A stretch of 32,960 nucleotides of DNA from a virus (Duplodnaviria; Caudoviricetes). Position numbers and translations under genes: made by a program. This document shows positions 1-8,882 of this stretch, piece after piece. The notes below the pieces were generated by a model. The model worked only from the letters and a program-made list of their open reading frames with translations, made no database searches and was not told the DNA's origin. Every line of letters begins with the position of its first letter. Within the stretch, counting starts at the first letter, position 1. The DNA lies in IMG/VR virus record IMGVR_UViG_3300038675_000799, positions 1-32,960 of that record; one strand, 5' to 3'.

Positions 1-406
1 CGACGAACCGGCCGCGGTTGTCGACGGGGCAGAAGCGGTCGGTGTCGACGCCGTTTGGGATGAGCCAAACGCGTTCCATGCCGACGCCGGCCATGATCTG
101 GAGCCCCTCGTTGTTCTGGCAGATGACGCCGGCGGACTCCTGGATGAATGGCCGGCACTTTGAGAGCTGGTCCCCGGCCCGATCGCCGCCGGACGTGAAG
201 CCCCAGATGAACGGGACGCCGGTGTCCAGGATGTGCTTGAACAGGTAAGGGTAGCCACGCATCCAGACGAGATCGCACTGTCGGGCTTCGCGGACGGTGG
301 GCCGGGCCGTAAAGACAAAGTTGTGCCGCAAAAGGCGGCGGGCGATCTCGCGGGCCGTTGTGGACCAGCACCAGGAGGAGGAATCGACGACGGTATATAT
401 TTTCAT
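1..406 (-). CDS. Glycosyltransferase, GT-B/GT4-like (3' end truncated by window edge; not in the ORF track)
   Basis: Manual translation from ATG 406, which overlaps the polX stop (ATGA): MKIYTVVDSSSWCWSTTAREIARRLLRHNF...CDLVWMRGYP...RVWLIPNGVDTDRFCPVDNRGRFV. IPNGVDxxxFxP is the typical GT4 inter-domain motif. Confidence 0.8.
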   Translation of the reverse strand, partial: MKIYTVVDSSSWCWSTTAREIARRLLRHNFVFTARPTVREARQCDLVWMRGYPYLFKHILDTGVPFIWGFTSGGDRAGDQLSKCRPFIQESAGVICQNNEGLQIMAGVGMERVWLIPNGVDTDRFCPVDNRGRFV

Positions 407-888
407 TTTCGGTTTTCTGGTTCGGTCCATTTCATGCCGGCAAAAAGGAACAGGTCGGTCTCTTCCCTGCATGGGGTTTTGGGGTTGAAGGGTCCGGCGA
501 GGTAACCGCCGGCTGGGGTATAGCCATTGTTCTTGAGGGCGGCCATGAGGCGGCGGGAGAAGTCGGCGGGGCCGGTGCGGATGGCGAGGATGTAACCCCA
601 GTTGTCGCGGTCGGCCAGGAAGAGGTCGAGGTCAATGCCGTCAGGAAGGCGGCGGCGGGTATATCGGCAGGGCAGCTCGCCCTTGACCTTCGGCCACTGG
701 TTGACGACCTCGGCAATGCCTGTGGAGAACAGGTTTACCTCGTATGGTTTCGGGATGGCGACGACTTCGATGTCGCCGACCTCCGGGGCCTTGCGGCGGA
801 TGCTGCCGGCGATGAGGAGGCGGATACAGTGAGGGGCGAGGGCGTCATAGACGCGGCCGGCGATCTGCTGGGCGGCGGCGAGGTTCAT
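403..888 (-). CDS. Minimal family X DNA polymerase / Pol beta-like nucleotidyltransferase (161 aa)
   Basis: Motifs IAGSIRRKAPEVGDIEVV, IDLDLFL and WGYILAIRTGPADFSRRL...GY, and C-terminal EETDLFLFAGMKWTEPENR, match PolX palm and thumb motifs. No 8-kDa, fingers or PHP domains. Confidence 0.85.
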   Translation of the reverse strand: MNLAAAQQIAGRVYDALAPHCIRLLIAGSIRRKAPEVGDIEVVAIPKPYEVNLFSTGIAEVVNQWPKVKGELPCRYTRRRLPDGIDLDLFLADRDNWGYILAIRTGPADFSRRLMAALKNNGYTPAGGYLAGPFNPKTPCREETDLFLFAGMKWTEPENRK

Positions 889-1595
889 GTATAAGCCAAC
901 TGACGTTGGTGGAGAAGATCAGCTCCGGAGATTGGCCGGGATAGGTTTGTTTTCATGCCGTCACGGAAGCCGCTGGCGGCGGAGTCGTCTTGCACACGGA
1001 ACCTTACCGGCGGCATTTCCCAGGTCTTCCAACGTTCGGCGATGTAGGTGTAGCGGCGGCGTTTTTCCATAAAGTTGGTTGCCATGAGCGCGGCAGCCAT
1101 CTCCATGCTCACAGCGCGGGATACGCTCAGTTTGTCGAGATTCTTCCGGATACCTTCAACGAACCCGAGGATAAAGCTGCGCCGCTTGTTGGTGGTGACG
1201 CGCCGGCGGGCGGCGGCCTCGTCCTTCGCCCAGGCCGCCATGGACAGGCGGCAGGCTCGGACGACGTAGACGTAGGCATATTCGGCGACCTGGATGTCCG
1301 GGGCGCGGCCTACGATCTTTAGGTTGTTCCAACCGCGGATGATCTGGACGGAGAAGAAGTCCTGGACGAGGCCGATGGCCAGGCGCTTCTCATAGTGCAG
1401 CCTGGTCTCAATACGCTCCTTGTGGCGGATGCCGGCGACTTCGTTATCCGGATCGATAGACGCCAGGCGCAGGCCGTTGATCTGGGCGAGATCCATAGCG
1501 CGCTGGAGTGCCAGGGCTGCCTCGTGCGGGTTGCTGCTGCGCGAAAGGCGCAGGAGCTTTTTGATGCGGTCCAGGATGCGGTCGTCTTCGGTCAT
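885..1595 (-). CDS. DUF2786-domain protein
   Basis: N-terminal ILDRIKKLLRLSRSSNPHEAALALQRAMDL signature; later SFILGFVEGI. Common in early regions of Mu-like phages. Confidence 0.85.
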   Translation of the reverse strand: MTEDDRILDRIKKLLRLSRSSNPHEAALALQRAMDLAQINGLRLASIDPDNEVAGIRHKERIETRLHYEKRLAIGLVQDFFSVQIIRGWNNLKIVGRAPDIQVAEYAYVYVVRACRLSMAAWAKDEAAARRRVTTNKRRSFILGFVEGIRKNLDKLSVSRAVSMEMAAALMATNFMEKRRRYTYIAERWKTWEMPPVRFRVQDDSAASGFRDGMKTNLSRPISGADLLHQRQLAYT

Positions 1596-1597
1596 GG

Positions 1598-2353
1598 CTA
1601 GAACGGCACGTCGCCGTCAGTGGTGGTGGTGTCGAGGGTGTGTGAGGCGTGGGCGGGATCGGGCTCCTGTGGGCTGTCCTGGACCGCGCGGATGGCCTTG
1701 AGTTCGCCTTCGGCCTTGCGGAGGAGGGAGTCGTGCCAGCGGACGAGCTCGGGGACGGGGAAGCCGTTGGCGGAGGAGACGACGTGGATAACAGCTATCA
1801 TCTTCTGGCTGAGGGCTGCGGAGGCGTGGTGCGGGGCGTGAGCGATGGTGGCGGATGCGCGCCGGGGGAGGTGGTGCTTGGAGAAGCCGTAGCGTTTGCA
1901 TTCGCGCTGGATCTGGACGTCAAGCATGGCGATGACCTTTTTGAGCAGCTCGGCGGGGCAGTCGTCGAACTCGCCAGGGGGCAGCTTCGACTGGCCGTAG
2001 ATGGCGCGGACATATTCCCAGGTGACTTCTTCGCATCGGAGGAAGGAGAGATCGACGGCCATCATGCGGAGGACCCAGCGGTGGCGGTTCTCTTCGTCCT
2101 GGGCGAGGTCGCGGATCAGGGTTTCATCGTCGGCTTCTTCGGCGAAGGCCAGGAGGACCTGGCCGAACTGCGCCGGCTTGCGGATGTCGGCGGTGGACTG
2201 GACGCCGGCGCCCTTGGCGAGAACGGTCTCGTACCAGGTCCGGTAGCCGTTGGCTTTCTTCTTGTGCGGGTCGAGGCCGCGCCGGGCGCAGTGATGCGCC
2301 CAGGCGGCGTTGACGAGGGGCGTGAGCTTGCTGAATTGGGCGGGGGTCAGCAT
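1598..2353 (-). CDS. Hypothetical protein, possibly GemA/gp16-like
   Basis: YRTWYETVLAKGAGVQSTADIRKPAQFGQVL loosely resembles the GemA N-terminus; located downstream of gam. Confidence 0.45.
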   Translation of the reverse strand: MLTPAQFSKLTPLVNAAWAHHCARRGLDPHKKKANGYRTWYETVLAKGAGVQSTADIRKPAQFGQVLLAFAEEADDETLIRDLAQDEENRHRWVLRMMAVDLSFLRCEEVTWEYVRAIYGQSKLPPGEFDDCPAELLKKVIAMLDVQIQRECKRYGFSKHHLPRRASATIAHAPHHASAALSQKMIAVIHVVSSANGFPVPELVRWHDSLLRKAEGELKAIRAVQDSPQEPDPAHASHTLDTTTTDGDVPF

Positions 2354-2359
2354 GGCGGG

Positions 2360-2887
2360 TCAGCCATCCTGCGCCTGTTCGTCGCGGGCGACTTCGATGA
2401 AGAAGGTCTCGGCCTGGTCGACGCGGAGGCCCATGGTGAGGAGAGCGGCAGTGCCGATGGAGTCGCGGGCGGCGAGGAGGCCTTCCTTGTCGATCTCTTC
2501 CTTGGTTCGGACGTAGGAGGGAAAGGCGAGTTTGACGAGGCCGAGGGCCTTGGCCCAGGTGACGCCGCGGACGGTCTTGAGGGCCGGGGGCGAGGTGCGG
2601 TAGCCGCAGAGTCCGTGGACCATCTCGACGGACTTCTTCTTGGCGAAAGCCTCGGGATGCTTATCGGCCCAGGACTGGACCTTGGCCCGGAGGAGGTCGC
2701 GGGTTTCGGTGAGGGCCTGGATGTCGGTTTCGAACTGTTCGCGGACTCGGGCGAGCTTCTCGTTCATTTCGGCGGTGACGCCGTCGAGCTTGTGGACGGT
2801 GATGCAGAGATCGCGCATGGCGTCCTCGGCCTGGTCGCGGGTGTAGTTCCGGGTGGCGATCTGCTGGAGTTGTTTCTTGGTGCTCAT
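2360..2887 (-). CDS. gam: Mu Gam-like host-nuclease inhibitor (DNA end-binding)
   Basis: 175 aa with an N-terminal coiled coil, KKKSVEMVHGLCGYRTSPPAL, YVRTKEEIDKEGL and GLRVDQAETFFIE. AAGGA RBS. Confidence 0.92.
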   Translation of the reverse strand: MSTKKQLQQIATRNYTRDQAEDAMRDLCITVHKLDGVTAEMNEKLARVREQFETDIQALTETRDLLRAKVQSWADKHPEAFAKKKSVEMVHGLCGYRTSPPALKTVRGVTWAKALGLVKLAFPSYVRTKEEIDKEGLLAARDSIGTAALLTMGLRVDQAETFFIEVARDEQAQDG

Positions 2888-2912
2888 GGATTTTCCTTAT
2901 GGGGTTGAATTT

Positions 2913-3083
2913 CTAGATTTCGATATCGAACCAGGCGAGGAGCGGGCGGAGCATTTCCGCCAGGAGGCATGGTTGGCGGGGCTGGCTGCGCTTGTGGGCG
3001 CGGCGCAGGCGGAGGCGCTGGAGGAGCGATGGGCGGAAGGGCGGGCGGCCGCCGTTGGCGCGGATAAAGGATTTGTAGCTCAT
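2913..3083 (-). CDS. Small basic hypothetical protein (56 aa, MSYKSFIR...)
   Basis: GGAGG RBS and ATGA overlap with the upstream ORF; real start lies inside ORF 2913..3707. Confidence 0.5.
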   Translation of the reverse strand: MSYKSFIRANGGRPPFRPSLLQRLRLRRAHKRSQPRQPCLLAEMLRPLLAWFDIEI

Positions 3084-3436
3084 GCGAATGCCTCCTGCGG
3101 GTGGCCCCAGGAGTGGAAGGCCTTGTCGACCTCCATGGCGCCGGCGGTCATGCGGGCGGCCTGAGAGAGCAGCGTGTTCTTGCAGGCGGCCGCCTCCTCG
3201 GGCGTGGCGTGGCGCATGTGCTTGAAGCCGTGCTGCCCGAAGATGACCACGCCGCGCGACGCCTCGCGGGCGGCGCGGACGCGGCGCTCGGACCAGTCGA
3301 GGGCCTTGCAGAGCTGCTTGCGGGATTGCCAGCGTCCAACCAGGAGGAGGTGGCTTGTGAGGATGGCGACGTCTTCTTCGCGCTGCCGGCGGCGCTCCTC
3401 GAAGAGATCGAGCTGATTGACGAGGGAGGTGTTCAT
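3080..3436 (-). CDS. Hypothetical protein, probable HTH
   Basis: WQSRKQLCKALDWSERRVRAARE is HTH-like; AAGGAG RBS; ATGA coupling. Confidence 0.7.
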   Translation of the reverse strand: MNTSLVNQLDLFEERRRQREEDVAILTSHLLLVGRWQSRKQLCKALDWSERRVRAAREASRGVVIFGQHGFKHMRHATPEEAAACKNTLLSQAARMTAGAMEVDKAFHSWGHPQEAFA

Positions 3437-3807
3437 GGCGTGGCTCCTTCCGTGGGGCGCGAGACGACCAGGTCAACAACCGCGCGTGTGCCGTCCATGT
3501 GGCCGATGACAACAGCGGAATGGTCGCTGCCCGAAGCGTGGTCGACACCGATATAGACCGGCCCGCGCTCCCAGGACTTGTAGCCGCAAGAGATGCACCG
3601 GACGCCGCGATGGCGGACGTCAAGGCGAAGGGTCCCTGTTGTGCAGTTCGGGCAGCGCTCCTCGGGCTCGTTGAACATGCCACAGAACTCTTTCCGGAAT
3701 TGATCATCCGGCTTCGCGTCGGGCTTGCGCAGCAGGCCCCGGTGATCGTATGCGCGGAGCTGGGAGGCGACCAGGGAATCGCGGAACCACTGTGGCAGCT
3801 GGTTCAC
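3433..3807 (-). CDS. Zinc-ribbon hypothetical protein (124 aa, GTG start)
   Basis: GTG 3807 overlaps the MuB stop and follows GGAGG. CPNC...CISC, then YIGVDHASGSDHSAVVIG. Confidence 0.6.
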   Translation of the reverse strand: MNQLPQWFRDSLVASQLRAYDHRGLLRKPDAKPDDQFRKEFCGMFNEPEERCPNCTTGTLRLDVRHRGVRCISCGYKSWERGPVYIGVDHASGSDHSAVVIGHMDGTRAVVDLVVSRPTEGATP

Positions 3808-4910
3808 TTGGCACCTCCGGCGGACTTGTCGGACAGGGAGAGGAGGGTGTTGTAGGCCTTGGCGAAGTGCTCCCAGGCGAAGTCGCGGCGGAGGTTGGCG
3901 GCATAGCGGGCGCCCATCTTCAGGTAATGGCAGAAGACGCCGATGCCATTCTTTTCGCGGATGGTGCGGATGATCTCCAGGACCTCGCGCTCGGGCTTGG
4001 GGAGACCGAAGGCTTTGGCGGCGATGAGAAGGAAGTCGGCCTCGGGGGCGAGATCGGGGAGCTGCAGTTTGATGACGCCCCGCTTCGAGACTTGCTTGAG
4101 GACGTGGGCGAGCTTGCCGCGCTCGATTTCGTCGCGGCCGATGTTGGTCATGCACAGGACCATGCCGCAGCGGGTGCGGTCATGGATCTCGCGCAAGAAC
4201 TCCAGGATGGAAACGGCGCTGGTCTTGAGGTAGGAGATGAATGCCTCGTGGACTTCGTCGATGATGACGACATTGGAGGAGTCGATGGACTTGAGAATGC
4301 GCTCGCGGATGCTCTCGAAGGAGGTGTTGGTGGAGACGTAGCAGGCGCGGGCGACCTCCTTGGCGACCATCTGGATGCCGCCTTTGGAGGGCAAGCGGAC
4401 ATACTTGGTGGTGCCGTGGTTGTTGGTGCGGGCGAAGTGCTCCAGGGCGTAGGTCTTGCCGGTCTGGCTTTCGCCCCAGATCATGGCGATGGACTGGCTG
4501 GCCCAGGCGGCGTGGCAGACCTGCTGGACCTTGCGGCCGATGGAGGTCTCGACGAAGGGGACGTCGTTGATGTGGCCGCGGATGTCGATGAGTTTCTTGA
4601 ACCGCTCGATCTTTCCGCAGACGTTGGAATACTTGGCGCCGTAGGTGCCGTTGAAGGCGCGGTAGATGGTGGTGCTGTCGACGCCGAGTTCGGTAGCGGA
4701 CCGCGAGAGGCTCCAGCCGTTTTCCTTGGCATAGGCGTAGAACCACCAGACGAGATCGGCCTCTTCCTGGGTGGCCTTGCCTTCTTTCACCACGGCCGCC
4801 AGGGCGGGCTTCACCTTGTCGCCGCCGACGTTGAGGTGGGCGTTGGTTTTTTCGAGGTACTGCTGCTCCTGGTCGTCGGGATCGGGGGCGGCGGTTTTGG
4901 GGGTCGTCAT
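3804..4910 (-). CDS. MuB-like AAA+ transposition ATPase with N-terminal HTH
   Basis: Walker A GESQTGKT, Walker B VVIIDEVH, FLREIHDRTRCGMVL, HTH LSRSATELGVDSTTIYRAF. AGGAGG RBS before ATG 4910; directly downstream of the transposase. Confidence 0.93.
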   Translation of the reverse strand: MTTPKTAAPDPDDQEQQYLEKTNAHLNVGGDKVKPALAAVVKEGKATQEEADLVWWFYAYAKENGWSLSRSATELGVDSTTIYRAFNGTYGAKYSNVCGKIERFKKLIDIRGHINDVPFVETSIGRKVQQVCHAAWASQSIAMIWGESQTGKTYALEHFARTNNHGTTKYVRLPSKGGIQMVAKEVARACYVSTNTSFESIRERILKSIDSSNVVIIDEVHEAFISYLKTSAVSILEFLREIHDRTRCGMVLCMTNIGRDEIERGKLAHVLKQVSKRGVIKLQLPDLAPEADFLLIAAKAFGLPKPEREVLEIIRTIREKNGIGVFCHYLKMGARYAANLRRDFAWEHFAKAYNTLLSLSDKSAGGAK

Positions 4911-4942
4911 GGTCTTTCCTCCTGTGGTTGTTCCATGCGGGT

Positions 4943-7087
4943 TTAGTCTTGCGATCCGGGCCGTGGCCCGAAGATGGCGGAGAGGTCGGCGGGGGCCTCG
5001 GGGGCGTCGCCGGCGTCGGGATCGGGGCGGGAGCATGCGGAGAGCAGCGCATCCATGTCGCCGTCGTTGGCGGCGTCGCGGGCGCGGTCGCGGACGGCGC
5101 GCTCTTCGGGGGTGAGGACCATGCCGGAGAGCAGCGCCTTATTGTGGGCGCGCGTGCGGGCCTCCTCCCCTGCCCGGTCGGCGTGCCGCATGCGATACGG
5201 GAGCATGGCGACGGTTTCGAGATGGGCGGCCTGGCCCATGGCGGCGTGGGCGGTTTCCATGTCGGCGTGGCTGGTGACGATCTGCTCGGAGAGGACGCCG
5301 ACGATCGCGAAGCGCGCATCCAGGACGCAGAGGCGCGAGGGGTCGAATGGGTTGAGGATGGTGTTGTAGGTCTCGCCATCCTTGAGGAGGATCTCGCGGC
5401 CGTGGGGATCGACGGCGATGGCGGGGAAGCGGAAGACGTGGCCGCGGCGGACCTCGGCATCCTCGAAGGTGATGGCGTGGTTGCGGACCTTGCGCTCGAC
5501 CGCGAGGTCGGGGCCGACGATCTCGACGGCGGCGGCGAGAGGCAGGCGGCGGAGCTGGCGGCGCTCGGTATTGAACGCCTCCAGGCGGGACATGCGGCGG
5601 GATACGTTAAGCTCGGGGTTGGCGCGAAGCAGGGCGTTGACGGCCTGGCCCTCGTGGGGGGGCAGTTCTGCGATGGCGCTGTAGGGGAAGAAGTCCAGGG
5701 ATTGGAGAGAGGGGCGGAAGCCGGAGATGAGCAGGCCGGCCTCTTCCCAGCCTTCCAGCTCGTGGTCGGTGAAGCGGGAGATGGCGTCGTAAAACTCGTC
5801 GACGATCTTGGCGTAGGAGGCGGCGGCCATGACGGGCGCGCGGATCTCGTTCAAGACCCATTGCAGGCGCTCTGCAGGCATGATGCCGGCGGCGTGGTCG
5901 ATGGCGGCGACGAGCTCCTTGTGGTAGCCCTCGCGGCCGTGGTGGTCCTCGGGGAGGTTGGTGCGGGAATTGCCGCCGGTCTGGCCCGGCAGCCATTTGC
6001 CGGCGAAATGGATCAGCCGGTGGGAGGATTCGATGGCGGCCTTGAGGCGGGGGTTGCCGCCCTGCCTTCCGGACCACGAGCCAAGCAGCGCGGGCTTGTC
6101 CTGGATGCCGCCGGTGAGGACCTTGATCTTGCCTCCGGAATAGCGCGAGAGGATCTCGGCGACGCGGTCGCCGACCGCGGCGGTGCCGTGCTCGACAAAG
6201 AACAGGCAGCGCTCGGGCCAATAGCCCACGCTGCAGAAGTCGTGGGCGACCAGGAAGCGCATGTCGGATTCGCGCAGATTGATCCGCTTGCCGGTGGCCT
6301 CGTCCTTGAGGCGGAACTTGCCGCCCCAGGTTTCCTTGTGGGCGGAGAAGACGTCCAGGATGGCCAGCTCCATGTAGCGGACAAACTCGCGCGACGAGCC
6401 CAAACGGTGGCAGTCCACGTCGTGCCAGACGTCGTCCGCCATCTTGACCTCGCCGACGTGCAGGCCGACGCGGGTGCGGACAACCATGGGCGCGTGCTGG
6501 CGGGCGGCGGCGCGGCCGACGCCGGAGAGCGCTCGCTCGTAGGTGGTGAGCTTGGCCAGCTTGGCGAGGTTGCTATAGGACCAGCCCAGCGGATAGCCGC
6601 CGATGCCCGGCAGCGGCCAGGCGGCGTAGCCGGGGATGGCGGCCTTGGACGTGCGCGCGGACTTCCACAGGGCAATGGCGGCCTTGCGCGCCTGGCGGAT
6701 GTTGCCGCCGTAGTTCTCGGCCAGGCCCTTGATCCAGTTGGCGAAGGCCATGCGGTCCGCGGCGTCCACGTCCGCCATCTTGGCGGCTACGGCGCGCTGG
6801 CGCTTGTCCAGGAGCCCGCGCCAGCCCTCGCGCTGGAGGGCGTCGAACTTGTTCCGGGCGGTCTTGACGGGCACGCCCATGGCGCGCGCGGCCTCCGCCA
6901 GGCGTAGCCCCCTCCCCGCCCGAGGGCCTTCCACCACTGGCGCGAGCGCATCGATCCAGGCGTTGACCTGGTTCTTCTGCCCCAGCGGCAGGGCGCCGAT
7001 GGCGGCGGCCTGTTCGGGATCTTCCATCGGCCTCACCATCTCCGCGATGGTGAGGCACTCGGACCGGCGGGCGTGGGTAAGGTGCAT
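4943..7087 (-). CDS. MuA-like DDE transposase (714 aa)
   Basis: N-terminal HTH (LAEAARAMGVPVKTARNKF...GWRGLLDKR); catalytic-core motifs ADDVWHD, ILDVFS, VEHGTA and GNPRLKAAIESSH; C-terminal NPFDPSRL. Adjacent to MuB. Confidence 0.9.
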   Translation of the reverse strand: MHLTHARRSECLTIAEMVRPMEDPEQAAAIGALPLGQKNQVNAWIDALAPVVEGPRAGRGLRLAEAARAMGVPVKTARNKFDALQREGWRGLLDKRQRAVAAKMADVDAADRMAFANWIKGLAENYGGNIRQARKAAIALWKSARTSKAAIPGYAAWPLPGIGGYPLGWSYSNLAKLAKLTTYERALSGVGRAAARQHAPMVVRTRVGLHVGEVKMADDVWHDVDCHRLGSSREFVRYMELAILDVFSAHKETWGGKFRLKDEATGKRINLRESDMRFLVAHDFCSVGYWPERCLFFVEHGTAAVGDRVAEILSRYSGGKIKVLTGGIQDKPALLGSWSGRQGGNPRLKAAIESSHRLIHFAGKWLPGQTGGNSRTNLPEDHHGREGYHKELVAAIDHAAGIMPAERLQWVLNEIRAPVMAAASYAKIVDEFYDAISRFTDHELEGWEEAGLLISGFRPSLQSLDFFPYSAIAELPPHEGQAVNALLRANPELNVSRRMSRLEAFNTERRQLRRLPLAAAVEIVGPDLAVERKVRNHAITFEDAEVRRGHVFRFPAIAVDPHGREILLKDGETYNTILNPFDPSRLCVLDARFAIVGVLSEQIVTSHADMETAHAAMGQAAHLETVAMLPYRMRHADRAGEEARTRAHNKALLSGMVLTPEERAVRDRARDAANDGDMDALLSACSRPDPDAGDAPEAPADLSAIFGPRPGSQD

Positions 7088-7096
7088 ATCAGGCTC

Positions 7097-7318
7097 CTAT
7101 GGTTTCCGGAAACTCGGAGGCGTTGGAGATGGTGTTGGCGGCCTGTTGGACGGCGGTTCGCCGCCATCCCCGACGCCCGACGCGCGCTTGGCGTTTTTCG
7201 TCTCCCGGTTGGACAAGACGATTCCGATGAACAGGAAGGCTATGAAGCCATAGGCATCGCCTCGCTGCAGGTAAACACCCGCGGAAAGGAAGCAAACGAC
7301 AAAGCCCATGACATTCAT
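7097..7318 (-). CDS. Small membrane protein (73 aa, MNVMGFVV...)
   Basis: Two hydrophobic stretches; ATGA overlap with the upstream gene. Confidence 0.5.
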   Translation of the reverse strand: MNVMGFVVCFLSAGVYLQRGDAYGFIAFLFIGIVLSNRETKNAKRASGVGDGGEPPSNRPPTPSPTPPSFRKP

Positions 7319-7515
7319 GCCGGCACCGCCTTCCGCTTCTTGGCGAGGGCGCAGAGGATGCGGGCGGCCTGGGCGCGGTAGTGGCGAGGCTCGCGCGGGT
7401 CGGTGTAGACCCGCAGTTCGTCGCGGCGCTTGAAGAACGCCAGGCATTCCGGGCAGAGCATGGTGTCGGGCTTCTTCTTTCCGCCGCAGGGGCAGATAGT
7501 GTTTTCGTAGCTCAT
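7315..7515 (-). CDS. Small zinc-finger protein (66 aa)
   Basis: CPCG...LCPEC; ATGA coupling. Confidence 0.65.
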   Translation of the reverse strand: MSYENTICPCGGKKKPDTMLCPECLAFFKRRDELRVYTDPREPRHYRAQAARILCALAKKRKAVPA

Positions 7516-7664
7516 GACTTTTTCACCCCTTTATCCCGGCGGGGCCGCCGCGGAACTTCAGGCAGGGCGAAGGGGTCGCGCAGGGTCAGGCGGCGGAGGA
7601 TGGTGGCGTGGTTGCGGCGCTCGGTGGTGCGCAGCCGCGGCAGGCGGATGGCGGCGTATTTCAT
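7512..7664 (-). CDS. Small basic hypothetical protein (50 aa, MKYAAIRLPR...)
   Basis: Fills the gap exactly, with ATGA overlaps at both ends. Confidence 0.55.
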   Translation of the reverse strand: MKYAAIRLPRLRTTERRNHATILRRLTLRDPFALPEVPRRPRRDKGVKKS

Positions 7665-8380
7665 GGCTGCCACCTTCCCCGGAGGTTCTTGGCGATTGCG
7701 CGGAGCTCGCCGTCCAGGAGATCCTCGGCCAGTGCCAGGGCGATGCCCAGGAGGACCCGTTTTTTCTCGTCGCCCAGGCGCAAATGAAAGCGCTTCTCGA
7801 AAACAGCCACGCCGATCTGCCCGAGGGTGTCTTCCGAGAAAATGGCCTCCGCCTGCTCCTGCTCGCGCGTCAGGCTGCGGGCCGGGCGGCCGGCGCCGGG
7901 GCGCGCCCCGCCGGATGCCGGCAGCGCCGAGCGGGCCTTGCGGATGCCGAAGTCGAACTCCAACTGCCGCGCGCTCTTCCCGTCGATGGCGCCGTCGATC
8001 AGCTCCCGGATCTTGGCTTCCTTCTTGGACAACTCGGCCGCCGGGGCGGTCAGCAGCCGGTGCACGTTTGTCGTCAGCGGAATCGACAGGGCTTCCCGAA
8101 GGCCGAGAGCCAGCTTGTAGAACCCGTAGGCCACCTTATAGTTGATAGAGGGGCAGAACTCTTCGAGCCAGCCCATCAGGCCTTTTCCGCGAGTCTGCGG
8201 GCCGTGGGAAGAGTTGTTCTGTGACGACAGAACAACTTTCAGCTCCATCATCATGGCCCCGAAGACCAGGATTTCGCGGGTGCCGGAGATGGCCTTGCGG
8301 TACTGGTCCTGGAGCTGCGCGGCGATCTGGACTTCGGCCGGGATGGGGTCGGCGGGGATTGTGGCGATGGCTTTGGTCAT
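7661..8380 (-). CDS. Hypothetical protein, DUF3102-like
   Basis: GAGG RBS before ATG 8380. ILVFGAMMMELK...GLMGWLEEFCPSINYKVAYGFYKLA resembles the DUF3102 pattern. Confidence 0.6.
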   Translation of the reverse strand: MTKAIATIPADPIPAEVQIAAQLQDQYRKAISGTREILVFGAMMMELKVVLSSQNNSSHGPQTRGKGLMGWLEEFCPSINYKVAYGFYKLALGLREALSIPLTTNVHRLLTAPAAELSKKEAKIRELIDGAIDGKSARQLEFDFGIRKARSALPASGGARPGAGRPARSLTREQEQAEAIFSEDTLGQIGVAVFEKRFHLRLGDEKKRVLLGIALALAEDLLDGELRAIAKNLRGRWQP

Positions 8381-8652
8381 GACTTCCTCGCGCATTTTGG
8401 GTGGAAATGTCCGGTCAGCTTTCCGGTATCGCGATCTAGGAACCGCGCGATTCCGCCGACGTCGTGCATGAAATCGGCGTCGCGGGCGGTGCATAATTTG
8501 TCGAAGTCGAGCGGGCATCCGTTGCTGCTGCATGCGTCCAGATCCATCCGGATGCTCACGAGAGGACGTTTGTCGCCCAGGTTTTTGGCGCGCTTGGCCA
8601 AGAGCAGAATCAATCCGCTCTCGTACTTTGTGGCGTTGAATTTTGGGATCAT
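8377..8652 (-). CDS. DUF6874-like phage protein (91 aa)
   Basis: MDLDAC...PLDFDKL...DFMHDVGGIARFLDRDTGKLTGHFHPK pattern; AGGAG RBS. Confidence 0.7.
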   Translation of the reverse strand: MIPKFNATKYESGLILLLAKRAKNLGDKRPLVSIRMDLDACSSNGCPLDFDKLCTARDADFMHDVGGIARFLDRDTGKLTGHFHPKCARKS

Positions 8653-8882
8653 GTGCGGATCTCCTGGCAGGCGGTGGCGCGCCAGGTATTGGGCTGGCCG
8701 GCCACGGGGTTGAGGTTGAAATGGCGGTTGCCGAAGAGTTTGTCGGCGTGGCGGTGGGCGGCGTTGATGGCGCCCTGGGTACAGGTGGTGCGCTGCCCGC
8801 CGCCGGTGGCCATGTAGGTGCTGCCGAGATCGCGCACGCGGATGACGTGGGTGCTGGCCTTGGTTCGGTCGATTCGTCTCAT
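8649..8882 (-). CDS. Hypothetical protein (77 aa, MRRIDRTK...)
   Basis: GGAGG RBS; ATGA overlaps at both ends. Confidence 0.6.
   Translation of the reverse strand: MRRIDRTKASTHVIRVRDLGSTYMATGGGQRTTCTQGAINAAHRHADKLFGNRHFNLNPVAGQPNTWRATACQEIRT

Noticed and set aside
4928-6907. 659-aa plus-strand ORF
   Set aside because: Antisense shadow of the transposase.
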